DNA of 60,009 nt from NCBI GenBank assembly GCA_904420145.1, contig CAJFUI010000027.1, positions 1-60,009 of the forward strand, read 5' to 3'. This document shows, piece by piece, positions 52,967 to 60,009 of the stretch. The notes under the pieces are model-generated. The model worked only from the letters and a program-made list of their open reading frames with translations. It ran no database searches and was not told the DNA's origin. The DNA comes from an uncultured Oscillospiraceae bacterium. GTDB taxonomy: Bacteria; Bacillota; Clostridia; Oscillospirales; Oscillospiraceae. The position numbers and the translations under genes are program-made. Positions within the stretch are counted from its first letter, which is position 1; each line of letters begins with the position of its first letter.

Positions 52967-54853
52967 TTACAGCTTCTTCACAAACAGGGCGCGGATGGCG
53001 TTCAGCACAGCCAAAATCATCACGCCCACGTCGGCGAAGATGGCCAGCCACATGTTGGCAAAGCCCAGTGCCACCAGCACCAGACAGGCCAGCTTAATGC
53101 CGATGGCAAAGACGATATTTTGGTAGACAATGCCGAGGCATTTTCGGGAAATCCGGATGGCCTTAGCGATCTTCAGGGGATCGTCGTCCATGAGCACCAC
53201 GTCGGCGGCCTCAATGGCGGCGTCGGAGCCCATGGCCCCCATGGCGATGCCGATGTCCGCCCGGCTGAGCACCGGCGCGTCGTTGATGCCGTCTCCTACG
53301 AAGGCCAGCTTGGCCCGCTCCGGCTTGCTCTTCAGCAGCTCCTCCACCTTCTCCACCTTGCCGGCGGGGAGGAGCTCGCTGTACACCTGGTCCACACCCA
53401 GCTCCTCTGCCACATGGTCGGCCACCTTCTTGGCGTCGCCGGTGAGCATAACGGTCTGCGCTACGCCGGAGCGCCGGAGGGTCTCAATCGCCTCCTTGGC
53501 GTGGGGCTTCACCAGGTCGGAGATGACGATATGGCCGGCGTACTTCCCGTCGATGGCCATGTGAATGATGGTGCCCACGCTGCGGCAGGGGATGTAGGGG
53601 ATGTGCAGGTGGTCCATGAGCTTGTCGTTGCCGGCAGCCACCTCATGGCCGTCCACCTTGGCCATAACGCCGCTGCCGCTGATCTCTTGGATATCAGTCA
53701 CCCGGCTGCGGTCGATCTCCTTGCCGTAGGCCTTCTGGAGGCTCTTGCTGATGGGGTGGGAGGAGGCGCTCTCCGCCAGAGCCGCGTACTCAAGGAGCTT
53801 CTCATTCTCCATCTCGCTGTGGTGGACGCCGTTGACCGCAAAAACTCCCTGGGTCAGGGTGCCCGTCTTGTCGAACACCACAATCTTCGTCTGGGACAGC
53901 GTCTCCAAATAGTTGGATCCCTTCACCAGTACGCCGGCGTTGCTGGCCCCGCCGATACCGGCAAAGAAGCTCAGGGGGATGCTGATCACCAGCGCGCAGG
54001 GGCAGCTGGCCACCAGGAAGGTCAGGGCGCGGTAAATCCATGTGCCCCAGTCGGGGCTCAGACCCATGCCTGCCAGCCGCACCAAGGGCGGCAGGATGGC
54101 CAGCACCACGGCACTGCCGCAGACAGCAGGGGTATAGATCCGGGCAAAGCGGGAGATGAAGGCCTCGGACCGGGACTTGCGGGAGGAGGCGTTCTCCACC
54201 AGGTCCAGGATCTTGGATACCGTGGACTCGCCGAACTCCCTGGTGGTTCGGATCTTTAAAAGGCCGGTCATGTTGATGCAGCCGCTGATGATCTCGTCCC
54301 CCACCCCCACGTCCCGGGGCAGGCTCTCCCCGGTGAGGGCGGCGGTGTTCAGGGAGGAGGTCCCCTCCACCACCGTGCCGTCAATAGGCACCTTCTCCCC
54401 GGGCTGGACGACGATCACCGTGCCGATCTCCACCTCATCCGGGTCCACCTGCGTGAGCTTCCCGTCCGCTTCCACGTTGGCGTAGTCCGGACGGATATCC
54501 ATCAGCTCGCTGATATTCCGGCGGCTCCTGCCCACGGCGTAGGACTGGAACCACTCGCCGATCTGGTAGAAGAGCATCACGGCGATGGCCTCGGTATAGT
54601 CCCCGCTGCCCTCGTAAAGGGCCAAGGCGATAGCGCCCACAGTGGCCACCGCCATGAGAAAGTTCTCGTCAAAGACCTGCCGGTTTTTGATGCCCTTCAG
54701 GGCCTTCAGCAGGATGTCGTAGCCGATGACCAGATAGGGCACCAGATACAGGCCAAACCGCAGCCAGCCTGTCGCCGGCAAAAAGTGCAGGGCAATCAGC
54801 AGCGCCGCGGCGGCCAAAATACGGACCAGCATGGTCCTCTGTTTCTTGTTCAT
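52967..54853 (-). CDS. Heavy-metal P1B-type ATPase (CadA/ZntA-like, CPC), N-terminal HMA domain absent
   Basis: ORF trimmed to ATG 54853 (MNKKQRTMLVRIL...). FDENFLMAVAT, SCPCALVISIP, DKTGTLT and GDGINDAP. Confidence 0.85.
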   Translation of the reverse strand: MNKKQRTMLVRILAAAALLIALHFLPATGWLRFGLYLVPYLVIGYDILLKALKGIKNRQVFDENFLMAVATVGAIALALYEGSGDYTEAIAVMLFYQIGEWFQSYAVGRSRRNISELMDIRPDYANVEADGKLTQVDPDEVEIGTVIVVQPGEKVPIDGTVVEGTSSLNTAALTGESLPRDVGVGDEIISGCINMTGLLKIRTTREFGESTVSKILDLVENASSRKSRSEAFISRFARIYTPAVCGSAVVLAILPPLVRLAGMGLSPDWGTWIYRALTFLVASCPCALVISIPLSFFAGIGGASNAGVLVKGSNYLETLSQTKIVVFDKTGTLTQGVFAVNGVHHSEMENEKLLEYAALAESASSHPISKSLQKAYGKEIDRSRVTDIQEISGSGVMAKVDGHEVAAGNDKLMDHLHIPYIPCRSVGTIIHMAIDGKYAGHIVISDLVKPHAKEAIETLRRSGVAQTVMLTGDAKKVADHVAEELGVDQVYSELLPAGKVEKVEELLKSKPERAKLAFVGDGINDAPVLSRADIGIAMGAMGSDAAIEAADVVLMDDDPLKIAKAIRISRKCLGIVYQNIVFAIGIKLACLVLVALGFANMWLAIFADVGVMILAVLNAIRALFVKKL

Positions 54854-54898
54854 AATACACACTCCCCATTGATTGACGCCCCACTGGGCAGCCGCTCA

Positions 54899-54924
54899 AA
54901 CAACTAAATATTCATTTAATTGTT
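54899..54924. promoter_or_regulatory. Imperfect inverted repeat upstream of the CadA-like ATPase (metalloregulator operator candidate)
   Basis: AACAACTAAAT-attc-ATTTAATTGTT (10 of 11 arms). It shares AACAAyTAA/TTAATTGTT half-sites with 55241-55260. Confidence 0.35.
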
Positions 54925-54930
54925 CTCCCA

Positions 54931-54977
54931 TAAAAGGGCACCCGCGGCACGGATCCTCCCCGCATGCCGGGGTGCCT
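54931..54977 (-). terminator. Terminator candidate between the HMA gene and the ATPase gene
   Basis: On the minus strand, GGCACCC...GGGUGCC is followed by UUUUAU. Confidence 0.45.
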
Positions 54978-54989
54978 CTTTGGAAAAGA

Positions 54990-55208
54990 TCAGAGATAGA
55001 CCTCGCAGTCGTCCTCCACCTTCTTGCAGTTAGCCCGGACCGCCTCCATCACTGTCTTGGGATCGTGACCCTCCATAAACTCCACAATCATCTTCAGCGT
55101 CATGAAGTTCACGGTAGCATTCTTAACACCCTCGGTCTTCTGGGCGGCCTCCTCCATCTTGTTGGCGCAGTTGGCGCAGTCCACATCGATCTTGTAGGTC
55201 TTTTTCAT
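54990..55208 (-). CDS. Stand-alone heavy-metal-associated (HMA) domain protein
   Basis: 72 aa, MKKTYKIDVDCANCANKMEEAAQKTEGVKNATVNF, with the DCxxC metal-binding loop. In many clostridial CadA-type pumps (from memory) this sequence is the fused N-terminus. Confidence 0.8.
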   Translation of the reverse strand: MKKTYKIDVDCANCANKMEEAAQKTEGVKNATVNFMTLKMIVEFMEGHDPKTVMEAVRANCKKVEDDCEVYL

Positions 55209-55240
55209 CGCAGCGGGCTCCTCTCTAAAATTTCAAAAGC

Positions 55241-55260
55241 AAACAATTAAGTAATTGTTT
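55241..55260. promoter_or_regulatory. Perfect 9-2-9 palindrome upstream of the HMA gene (ArsR/SmtB-type operator candidate)
   Basis: AAACAATTA-ag-TAATTGTTT, 33 nt upstream of ATG 55208 (minus strand). Confidence 0.4.
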
Positions 55261-55390
55261 AATTATAGGCCTACTATACTCCCTTTCTCCGCCGCCGTCA
55301 ACCCCTTTCGCAAATATTTTTTTGCCGGGCGGAGCGGCAAAAGGAGGGCACAGGACGGAACGCGCCGCGTCCCGTCCTGCTTTTCGTCCC

Positions 55391-55552
55391 TCAGCCGGCG
55401 GTTCCGGCGCTCATCACATGGCCGCAGCTGTCGCACTTGGCATCCGCCGCCAAAAAGCCGTCCTTGATAAAAACCTCCACGCTCTCCCCGCACCTGGGGC
55501 AGGGCACCTCCTCGATGGTGATGGCGTTTCTCGCCTCTTGACATCCATCCAT
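55391..55552 (-). CDS. Unannotated 53-aa CxxC...CxxC zinc-ribbon protein
   Basis: Below the ORF-track cutoff. ATG 55552 has AAGGAG 9 nt upstream and lies 22 nt after the CooC-like stop. Translation: MDGCQEARNAITIEEVPCPRCGESVEVFIKDGFLAADAKCDSCGHVMSAGTAG. Confidence 0.5.
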   Translation of the reverse strand: MDGCQEARNAITIEEVPCPRCGESVEVFIKDGFLAADAKCDSCGHVMSAGTAG

Positions 55553-55574
55553 GCTGTCTGCACTCCTTTCAGCT

Positions 55575-56345
55575 TTAGATTCCTAATTTCGCAACGATTT
55601 CCCCCAGAGCCTTCCGCACCGGAGAATCTGCGGGCAGCTCCACCATGGGCCGCCCGTCGCAGTCAAAGCGGTAAACCGTCTCATCCTGGGGGACCACGCC
55701 GAGAAGGTGCAGCCCCTGCTTCTCAATCTCCTCCTGAGTTCCGGCATCCAGTTCCCCCTCCGGCGCCCGGTTCACAATGAGGCCCACGGTGTCCGGGTGA
55801 AAATTCATCTCCCCCATCAGCTTTGCGATGCGGCCTGCCGCCTGGACCCCCCGGCGGGAGCAGTCGCTGACCAGCAGCATCTTTTCCATGGTTGGGAGAA
55901 TCCCCCGGCTCACGTGCTCCATGCCCGCCTCGTTGTCCACCACAATGTAGGGATAGTGGCTCTGGAGCTTTTGAATCTGGGTCTGCACCAGTCCGTTGAC
56001 AAAGCAGTAGCAGCCCTGCCCCTGGGAGCGGCCCATCACCATCAGGTCAAAATCGTCTCCCTCGGTCACGGCATCCATCATCCGCATCTCCAGCCAGTCG
56101 GCCTTGGTGACGCCGGAGGGAATCTGATACTTCGGGTCCGCGCCCGCCCGCTCGATCTCCTCCCGCAGTTCCCCCAGGGTGGGGCCGATCTCCACCCCCA
56201 ACACCTCATTAAGGTTGGAGTTGGCGTCGGCGTCCACCGCCAGCACCGGCTTTTTCCCGCTCGCACACAGATACTGAATCAAAAGGCCGCACAGGGTGGT
56301 CTTCCCCACCCCGCCCTTGCCCGCCATCGCGATCACATGTCCCAT
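55575..56345 (-). CDS. cooC: CooC-type (MinD/Mrp-class) metallochaperone ATPase
   Basis: ORF trimmed to ATG 56345 (SD AAAGGAGG, 7 nt). Deviant Walker A MAGKGGVGKTT, CxC metal motif GQGCYCFVN and Walker B IVVDNEAG. Confidence 0.8.
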   Translation of the reverse strand: MGHVIAMAGKGGVGKTTLCGLLIQYLCASGKKPVLAVDADANSNLNEVLGVEIGPTLGELREEIERAGADPKYQIPSGVTKADWLEMRMMDAVTEGDDFDLMVMGRSQGQGCYCFVNGLVQTQIQKLQSHYPYIVVDNEAGMEHVSRGILPTMEKMLLVSDCSRRGVQAAGRIAKLMGEMNFHPDTVGLIVNRAPEGELDAGTQEEIEKQGLHLLGVVPQDETVYRFDCDGRPMVELPADSPVRKALGEIVAKLGI

Positions 56346-56511
56346 AACAAGACCTCCTTTTTTCATCATGATATTTTTTTATATACATACTGTTGATTTT
56401 TCTTTTCTTCTCTATTATACTGTGCAGTAGAGAGATTGCAATACACAATGTTTTTGCTTTGTTGTGTTTCTCAACAGCACAGCATCATCTGTTGAAAAAG
56501 GAGGGAGCTGC

Positions 56512-57096
56512 ATGGCGGAGGCAGAAAAGCCGCGCAAGCTGGACCGGCGGACCCGCTATACCCGCCAGACCATCCGGGATACGCTGCTGGAGCTGATGGC
56601 GCACAAGCCCTTCCCCCGCATCACCGTGACGGAGGTCTGCAAGCTGGCGGAGATCAACCGGGGGACCTTTTACCTGCACTATCTGGACCTGGACGATGTG
56701 CTGGACGATATCCTTACAGAGATGCTCTCCGACACCACCTGCACCATCGACCATGTGCTGTGCCCAGCGGGAAAATGCGCCACCTACCCCTTCTGCGACA
56801 AGCTCCACAGCAGTGGGCAGTACCATGTTCTGTTTTTAGATGAGTCGGTGACGGAAAAGCTGCTGAAGAAGCTGTCAGATACCTGCAAGGAGCGGTATGT
56901 GACCTATCTGATGAGCCACAGTCTCCTCACCTTTCAGGAGGCGGAGGCCATCTTCACCTTTCAGATGAACGGCTGTCTGGCTGTCAACCGCCTGCTGTTC
57001 CGCAACCGCTGCACCGATTGGAAGACCATCCAGCGCACCATCGATGGCTTTATCAAAGCCGGCCTGGAGCATTACCTGCTCCCTGACCGGGAGTAA
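56512..57096 (+). CDS. TetR-family transcriptional regulator
   Basis: ORF trimmed to ATG 56512 (SD AAGGAGGG). HTH ITVTEVCKLAEINRGTFYLHY. Confidence 0.7.
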   Translation: MAEAEKPRKLDRRTRYTRQTIRDTLLELMAHKPFPRITVTEVCKLAEINRGTFYLHYLDLDDVLDDILTEMLSDTTCTIDHVLCPAGKCATYPFCDKLHSSGQYHVLFLDESVTEKLLKKLSDTCKERYVTYLMSHSLLTFQEAEAIFTFQMNGCLAVNRLLFRNRCTDWKTIQRTIDGFIKAGLEHYLLPDRE

Positions 57097-57115
57097 TTGT
57101 GAAAGGAGACGCCCC

Positions 57116-57766
57116 ATGGAGCTATCGATCTCCAACTATGAAAAGAACTGCCAGGAGTGGCAGGCGCGGTTTTGCGCCATGGACCAGGAGCGGCTGCTCT
57201 CCATCATCCCGGGACTCCGGCGGGAGGGCGGGGATCTGACTCTCTATCACTTCGGAGAGAAGTTCGCAGTGGATGCTGCCACAGGCGCCATCCGCTCTCT
57301 GGAGACGGCGGAGCCCGTCTCCGCCACGGTTCGCTTAAACATCTATACCCTCTTTGGCTACGCCTCTCCCTTGGCCCACTTTCAGGACAACTGGGTGCCC
57401 TTCCAGCAGCTGCGGGGCACCAGCGTGTTTGAATCCGCCTTCCGGCAGGGGATTTTGAACCCCTTCGTTGCCACCTTCACCGGCCATAGGGATGCCCTTG
57501 CCCATGCACTGGAGGCTATGGGCGGGCAGAGGGTCCCCTGCTCCGATGTAGGTTATCAGGTGGATGCCTTTGCCTGCATCCCGGTGCGCTATCTGTTCTG
57601 GGAGGGGGACGAGGAATTTCCTGCCCAGGCCAACATGCTCTTCGACCGGAGCGCTACGGACTTTATCCACGGGGAGAGTATCGTCTCCATCGCCATGGCA
57701 GGGCTCTATCGTCTGGCCCAGCTGTCCGGCCTCCCCCTGGCGCGGGGAGCCTTTCCCATGCCGTAA
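57116..57766 (+). CDS. DUF3786-like protein (family assignment from memory)
   Basis: ORF trimmed to ATG 57116 (SD GAAAGGAG). The conserved-looking block IPVRYLFWEGDEEFPAQANMLFDRSATDFIHGESI matches my recollection of the DUF3786 core. Confidence 0.55.
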   Translation: MELSISNYEKNCQEWQARFCAMDQERLLSIIPGLRREGGDLTLYHFGEKFAVDAATGAIRSLETAEPVSATVRLNIYTLFGYASPLAHFQDNWVPFQQLRGTSVFESAFRQGILNPFVATFTGHRDALAHALEAMGGQRVPCSDVGYQVDAFACIPVRYLFWEGDEEFPAQANMLFDRSATDFIHGESIVSIAMAGLYRLAQLSGLPLARGAFPMP

Positions 57767-57864
57767 AGGAGCTGACGGGAGAGAATCACATAGCGCCTTT
57801 TTTCCGCACCCGTGCGGATAGCGCCTGCCCCACCTATGCCATACCACCTACAGGAGGAGATCGT

Positions 57865-58233
57865 ATGTCAAACACACCGCTGCCCCACGACCACGGCCAG
57901 CCAATGGAGCGTGGACTGGAACGCATCCCCAGCGTGGACAACTTTCAGACTGTGGCCGACATCTTCAAACAGTTAGGGGACGGAAGCCGCATCCGCATCT
58001 TCTGGCTCCTCTGCCACTGTGAGGAGTGCGTCATCAACCTCTCCTCCATGGTGTCCATGAGCAGTCCAGCAGTCTCCCACCATCTCCGGCAGCTGAAGGC
58101 CGCCGGACTGATTGTCAGCCGCCGGGAAGGAAAAGAGGTCTACTATAAGGCTGCGGACTCTGCCCAGGCCCAGCTCCTCCACCACATGATCGAGGCCCTG
58201 GTGGAGATCGCCTGCCCGCTGGCCTCCCCCTAA
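57865..58233 (+). CDS. ArsR/SmtB-family metalloregulator
   Basis: wHTH RIRIFWLLCHCEECVINLSSMVSMSSPAVSHHLRQLKAAGLI. A Cys cluster CHCEEC occupies the alpha-3 position of thiolate-sensing members. Confidence 0.8.
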   Translation: MSNTPLPHDHGQPMERGLERIPSVDNFQTVADIFKQLGDGSRIRIFWLLCHCEECVINLSSMVSMSSPAVSHHLRQLKAAGLIVSRREGKEVYYKAADSAQAQLLHHMIEALVEIACPLASP

Positions 58234-58349
58234 GGGTACAGCGGCTTTGAGAGGCGAATCTATGTAAAAGGAAACTCCGCATAGTCTATTTTGGGACCGA
58301 AAAAGAGATATAAAAGAATCTGAAGAACCTTTACTGTATCTGCATATAT

Positions 58350-58391
58350 AAAAAAGGGCCCCCGGAGAGCACAAACTCTCCAGGGGCCTTT
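58350..58391. terminator. Bidirectional terminator (ArsR / tctB convergent)
   Basis: AAAAAAGGGCCCCCGGAGAG-cacaaa-CTCTCCAGGGGCCTTT. Confidence 0.6.
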
Positions 58392-58453
58392 CCATGCAAT
58401 CTCTTACTTTCAGAGGGACATATTTTCTGCTGTTTCGCTTGCCTTCCGCCTAA

Positions 58454-58933
58454 TTAAATGAGGAACTGGCTTCTGGTGATAATGGGCAGCACGTAGTGGA
58501 AGACCGCCCAAAGGACTACAGACGCAATGACAGCTACCAGCAGGTTCATCTTCCAGTGCTTGATTGGGTCCTCATCAAACAGCCAGATCATGCCGAACAG
58601 GAAGAGTAGCAGGCCAACGCCCAAGCCGATGTACAGCACAAACTCAAAGAAGGCGATAGTGGTCACCAGAATCAGCGGAACCTGCCACCACCGCACATCC
58701 GTGATGGCCGGGGGCTCAAAGGCCACTTTCCCAGTCAATTCTGTCACCAGAATAAACAGGGATACCAGAATCAGGATCGCATAGACTGCCCGGGGATACA
58801 TCTTGGCTGCCTCGCCGCTGCTGGCACTCCATCCGCCGCCGATGTAGGTATGGATGATACCCGCAATGCTGATCAGAATGACAAAGCAGCTCAGATACAC
58901 ATTGCGCATATTCGTATTTTTCAGCTTACTCAT
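58454..58933 (-). CDS. tctB: Tripartite tricarboxylate transporter small subunit (TctB-like, 4 TM)
   Basis: ORF trimmed to ATG 58933, which overlaps the tctA stop by 8 nt. A 159-aa four-helix membrane protein. The assignment rests mostly on size, topology and adjacency. Confidence 0.55.
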   Translation of the reverse strand: MSKLKNTNMRNVYLSCFVILISIAGIIHTYIGGGWSASSGEAAKMYPRAVYAILILVSLFILVTELTGKVAFEPPAITDVRWWQVPLILVTTIAFFEFVLYIGLGVGLLLFLFGMIWLFDEDPIKHWKMNLLVAVIASVVLWAVFHYVLPIITRSQFLI

Positions 58934-60009
58934 CGTCAGAATACGCCCCCTTATCCAAAGATTCCTTGTTCTTCTTGAAGGTGTACGCAATAATCGCAAT
59001 GAACACGATAGTGGCTACATAGAAGCCGATGGCAATAGGCCGCTCAAAGAAAGCCCCAATGCTGTTGCCGCCCATGTTCAGGGTCTGCCGCAGGGCACGC
59101 TCAGTGGAGGGCCCGATCAGATAGCCGAGCACGAAGGGCCCAAGGGGCACACGGAACTTGCGCAGCACCACGCCCAGCGCACCGAAGAGCAGCAGGGTGA
59201 TGACATTGCTGGCAGAGTTATCCGTGGCATAGCAGCCCAGCATAGCAAGGACAAAAACCACAGGCACTAAGTACTTGGGCTTCATCTGGCTGATCTTGGC
59301 GTACAGCGGAATCAGCAGCTGGCTGATGAAGAGGTTGAAGATGCTGGCGTAGAACACGGTGATAAAGAAGGCATAGATCGTCACCTGGTTCTCCGCAAAC
59401 ATGGTGGGACCGGGGTTGATGCCCTGCATGGTCAGCGCGGCGCCGATCAAAGCGGCTGTGGCGCTGCCGGGGATGCCGAAGGCCAGCAGGGGGATGATGG
59501 AACCGCCGCAGGTGGCGCTGTCGCCTGCCTCGGGAGCGGCCACACCGTTGAGCACGCCGGTACCGAAGTCACGGCCGTCCTTAGCCACACTGCGGGCCAC
59601 GCCGTAGCTGAGGAAGCAGGCGATGGAGGAGCCGGCGCCGGGCAGGATACCGACAAAGGTACCTATCACAGAGCCCACCATCGTGCAGCCAAAGGTATCC
59701 TTAAAGTGCTTCCAAGTGTACTTATCACCTTTGCCGCCTTTCAGTTCCAGCACCACGCGGTCGCTGGCCTGTCCCTTCTTATAGCGGACCTTATCCGCAT
59801 AGCAGGAGGCAAACTGCAGCATCAGTTCGCTGACGGCGAAGGTACCCACCAGAACAGGTACCGAGGAGAAACCGCCGCGGAGGAAGGAGATGCCGAAGGT
59901 CATGCGGGAGGCGCCGGTGATGGGATCAGTGCCGATGGCGCCGATGAGAAGTCCCAGCGTAGCTGCCAGAATGCCCTTGGCCCGGCTGTCACGCTGCAGC
60001 ACAGCAATA
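58926..60009 (-). CDS. tctA: Tripartite tricarboxylate transporter large permease TctA; C-terminal part only, as the gene continues past the right edge
   Basis: TctA-typical sequence GILAATLGLLIGAIGTDPITGASRMTFG...GVAAPEAGDSATCGGSIIPLLAFGIPGSATAA. The reading frame is open to the window end. Confidence 0.8.
   Translation of the reverse strand, partial: IAVLQRDSRAKGILAATLGLLIGAIGTDPITGASRMTFGISFLRGGFSSVPVLVGTFAVSELMLQFASCYADKVRYKKGQASDRVVLELKGGKGDKYTWKHFKDTFGCTMVGSVIGTFVGILPGAGSSIACFLSYGVARSVAKDGRDFGTGVLNGVAAPEAGDSATCGGSIIPLLAFGIPGSATAALIGAALTMQGINPGPTMFAENQVTIYAFFITVFYASIFNLFISQLLIPLYAKISQMKPKYLVPVVFVLAMLGCYATDNSASNVITLLLFGALGVVLRKFRVPLGPFVLGYLIGPSTERALRQTLNMGGNSIGAFFERPIAIGFYVATIVFIAIIAYTFKKNKESLDKGAYSDDE

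Noticed and set aside
55263-55544. 93-aa ORF from the track overlapping the zinc-ribbon region.
   Set aside because: Its translation is Arg/Gly-rich with no SD. The alternative frame (55391-55552) has a proper SD, two CxxC pairs and operon-like spacing after the CooC-like gene.

Overview
GC-rich, Clostridia-type chromosomal window. The taxon guess (Oscillospiraceae-like gut anaerobe) rests only on gene content and G/C-ending codon style. I call about 55 protein genes and 2 tRNAs. There is no rRNA, no CRISPR array, and no transposase, integrase or phage gene. Layout, left to right: (1) 1-8.2 kb, a complete oxidative L-ornithine (Stickland) degradation operon on the minus strand (ord-ortA-ortB-oraS-oraE-MutL-like-orr, then an EamA transporter), with a divergent LysR regulator. 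(2) 9.4-19.5 kb, a Liv/HAAT-type ABC importer transcribed divergently, across an unusual ~600-nt intergenic region, from an uncharacterised locus: hydantoin-racemase-like, COG0402-type amidohydrolase, two NodB-fold hydrolases and a TetR. (3) Nitroreductase, a family-less 168-aa protein, an HExxH membrane protein (DUF3810-like), pyridoxal kinase, tRNA-Leu(UAG) and tRNA-Val(CAC). (4) 23.4-29.7 kb, a LysR-linked six-gene flavoprotein/aldo-keto-reductase operon in which two flavodoxin-like proteins are predicted to be extracytoplasmic, one SLH-anchored and one a lipoprotein fused to a cyclophilin-like domain. (5) AsnC-MATE pair, type-A cat, and a vanR-vanS-vanG-vanXY-vanT operon. (6) BceAB-like ABC pair, TraX, a LytTR two-component system whose regulator carries a 1-nt frameshift, and an OmpR-type two-component system with a FtsX-type ABC exporter. 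(7) 50.2-58.3 kb, a metal-homeostasis island: TetR, two P1B ATPases, a free HMA protein, an unannotated 53-aa zinc-ribbon ORF, an orphan CooC-type ATPase, TetR, DUF3786-like and ArsR. (8) tctB and a partial tctA. The best novelty candidates are the exported-flavodoxin redox operon, the racemase/amidohydrolase/NodB locus with its structured intergenic RNA-like element, the CooC plus zinc-ribbon plus DUF3786 module, and a highly structured 360-nt leader with terminator/antiterminator geometry before the FtsX-type ABC operon. All functional calls come from reading the translated ORFs and motifs by eye; no database search was run.
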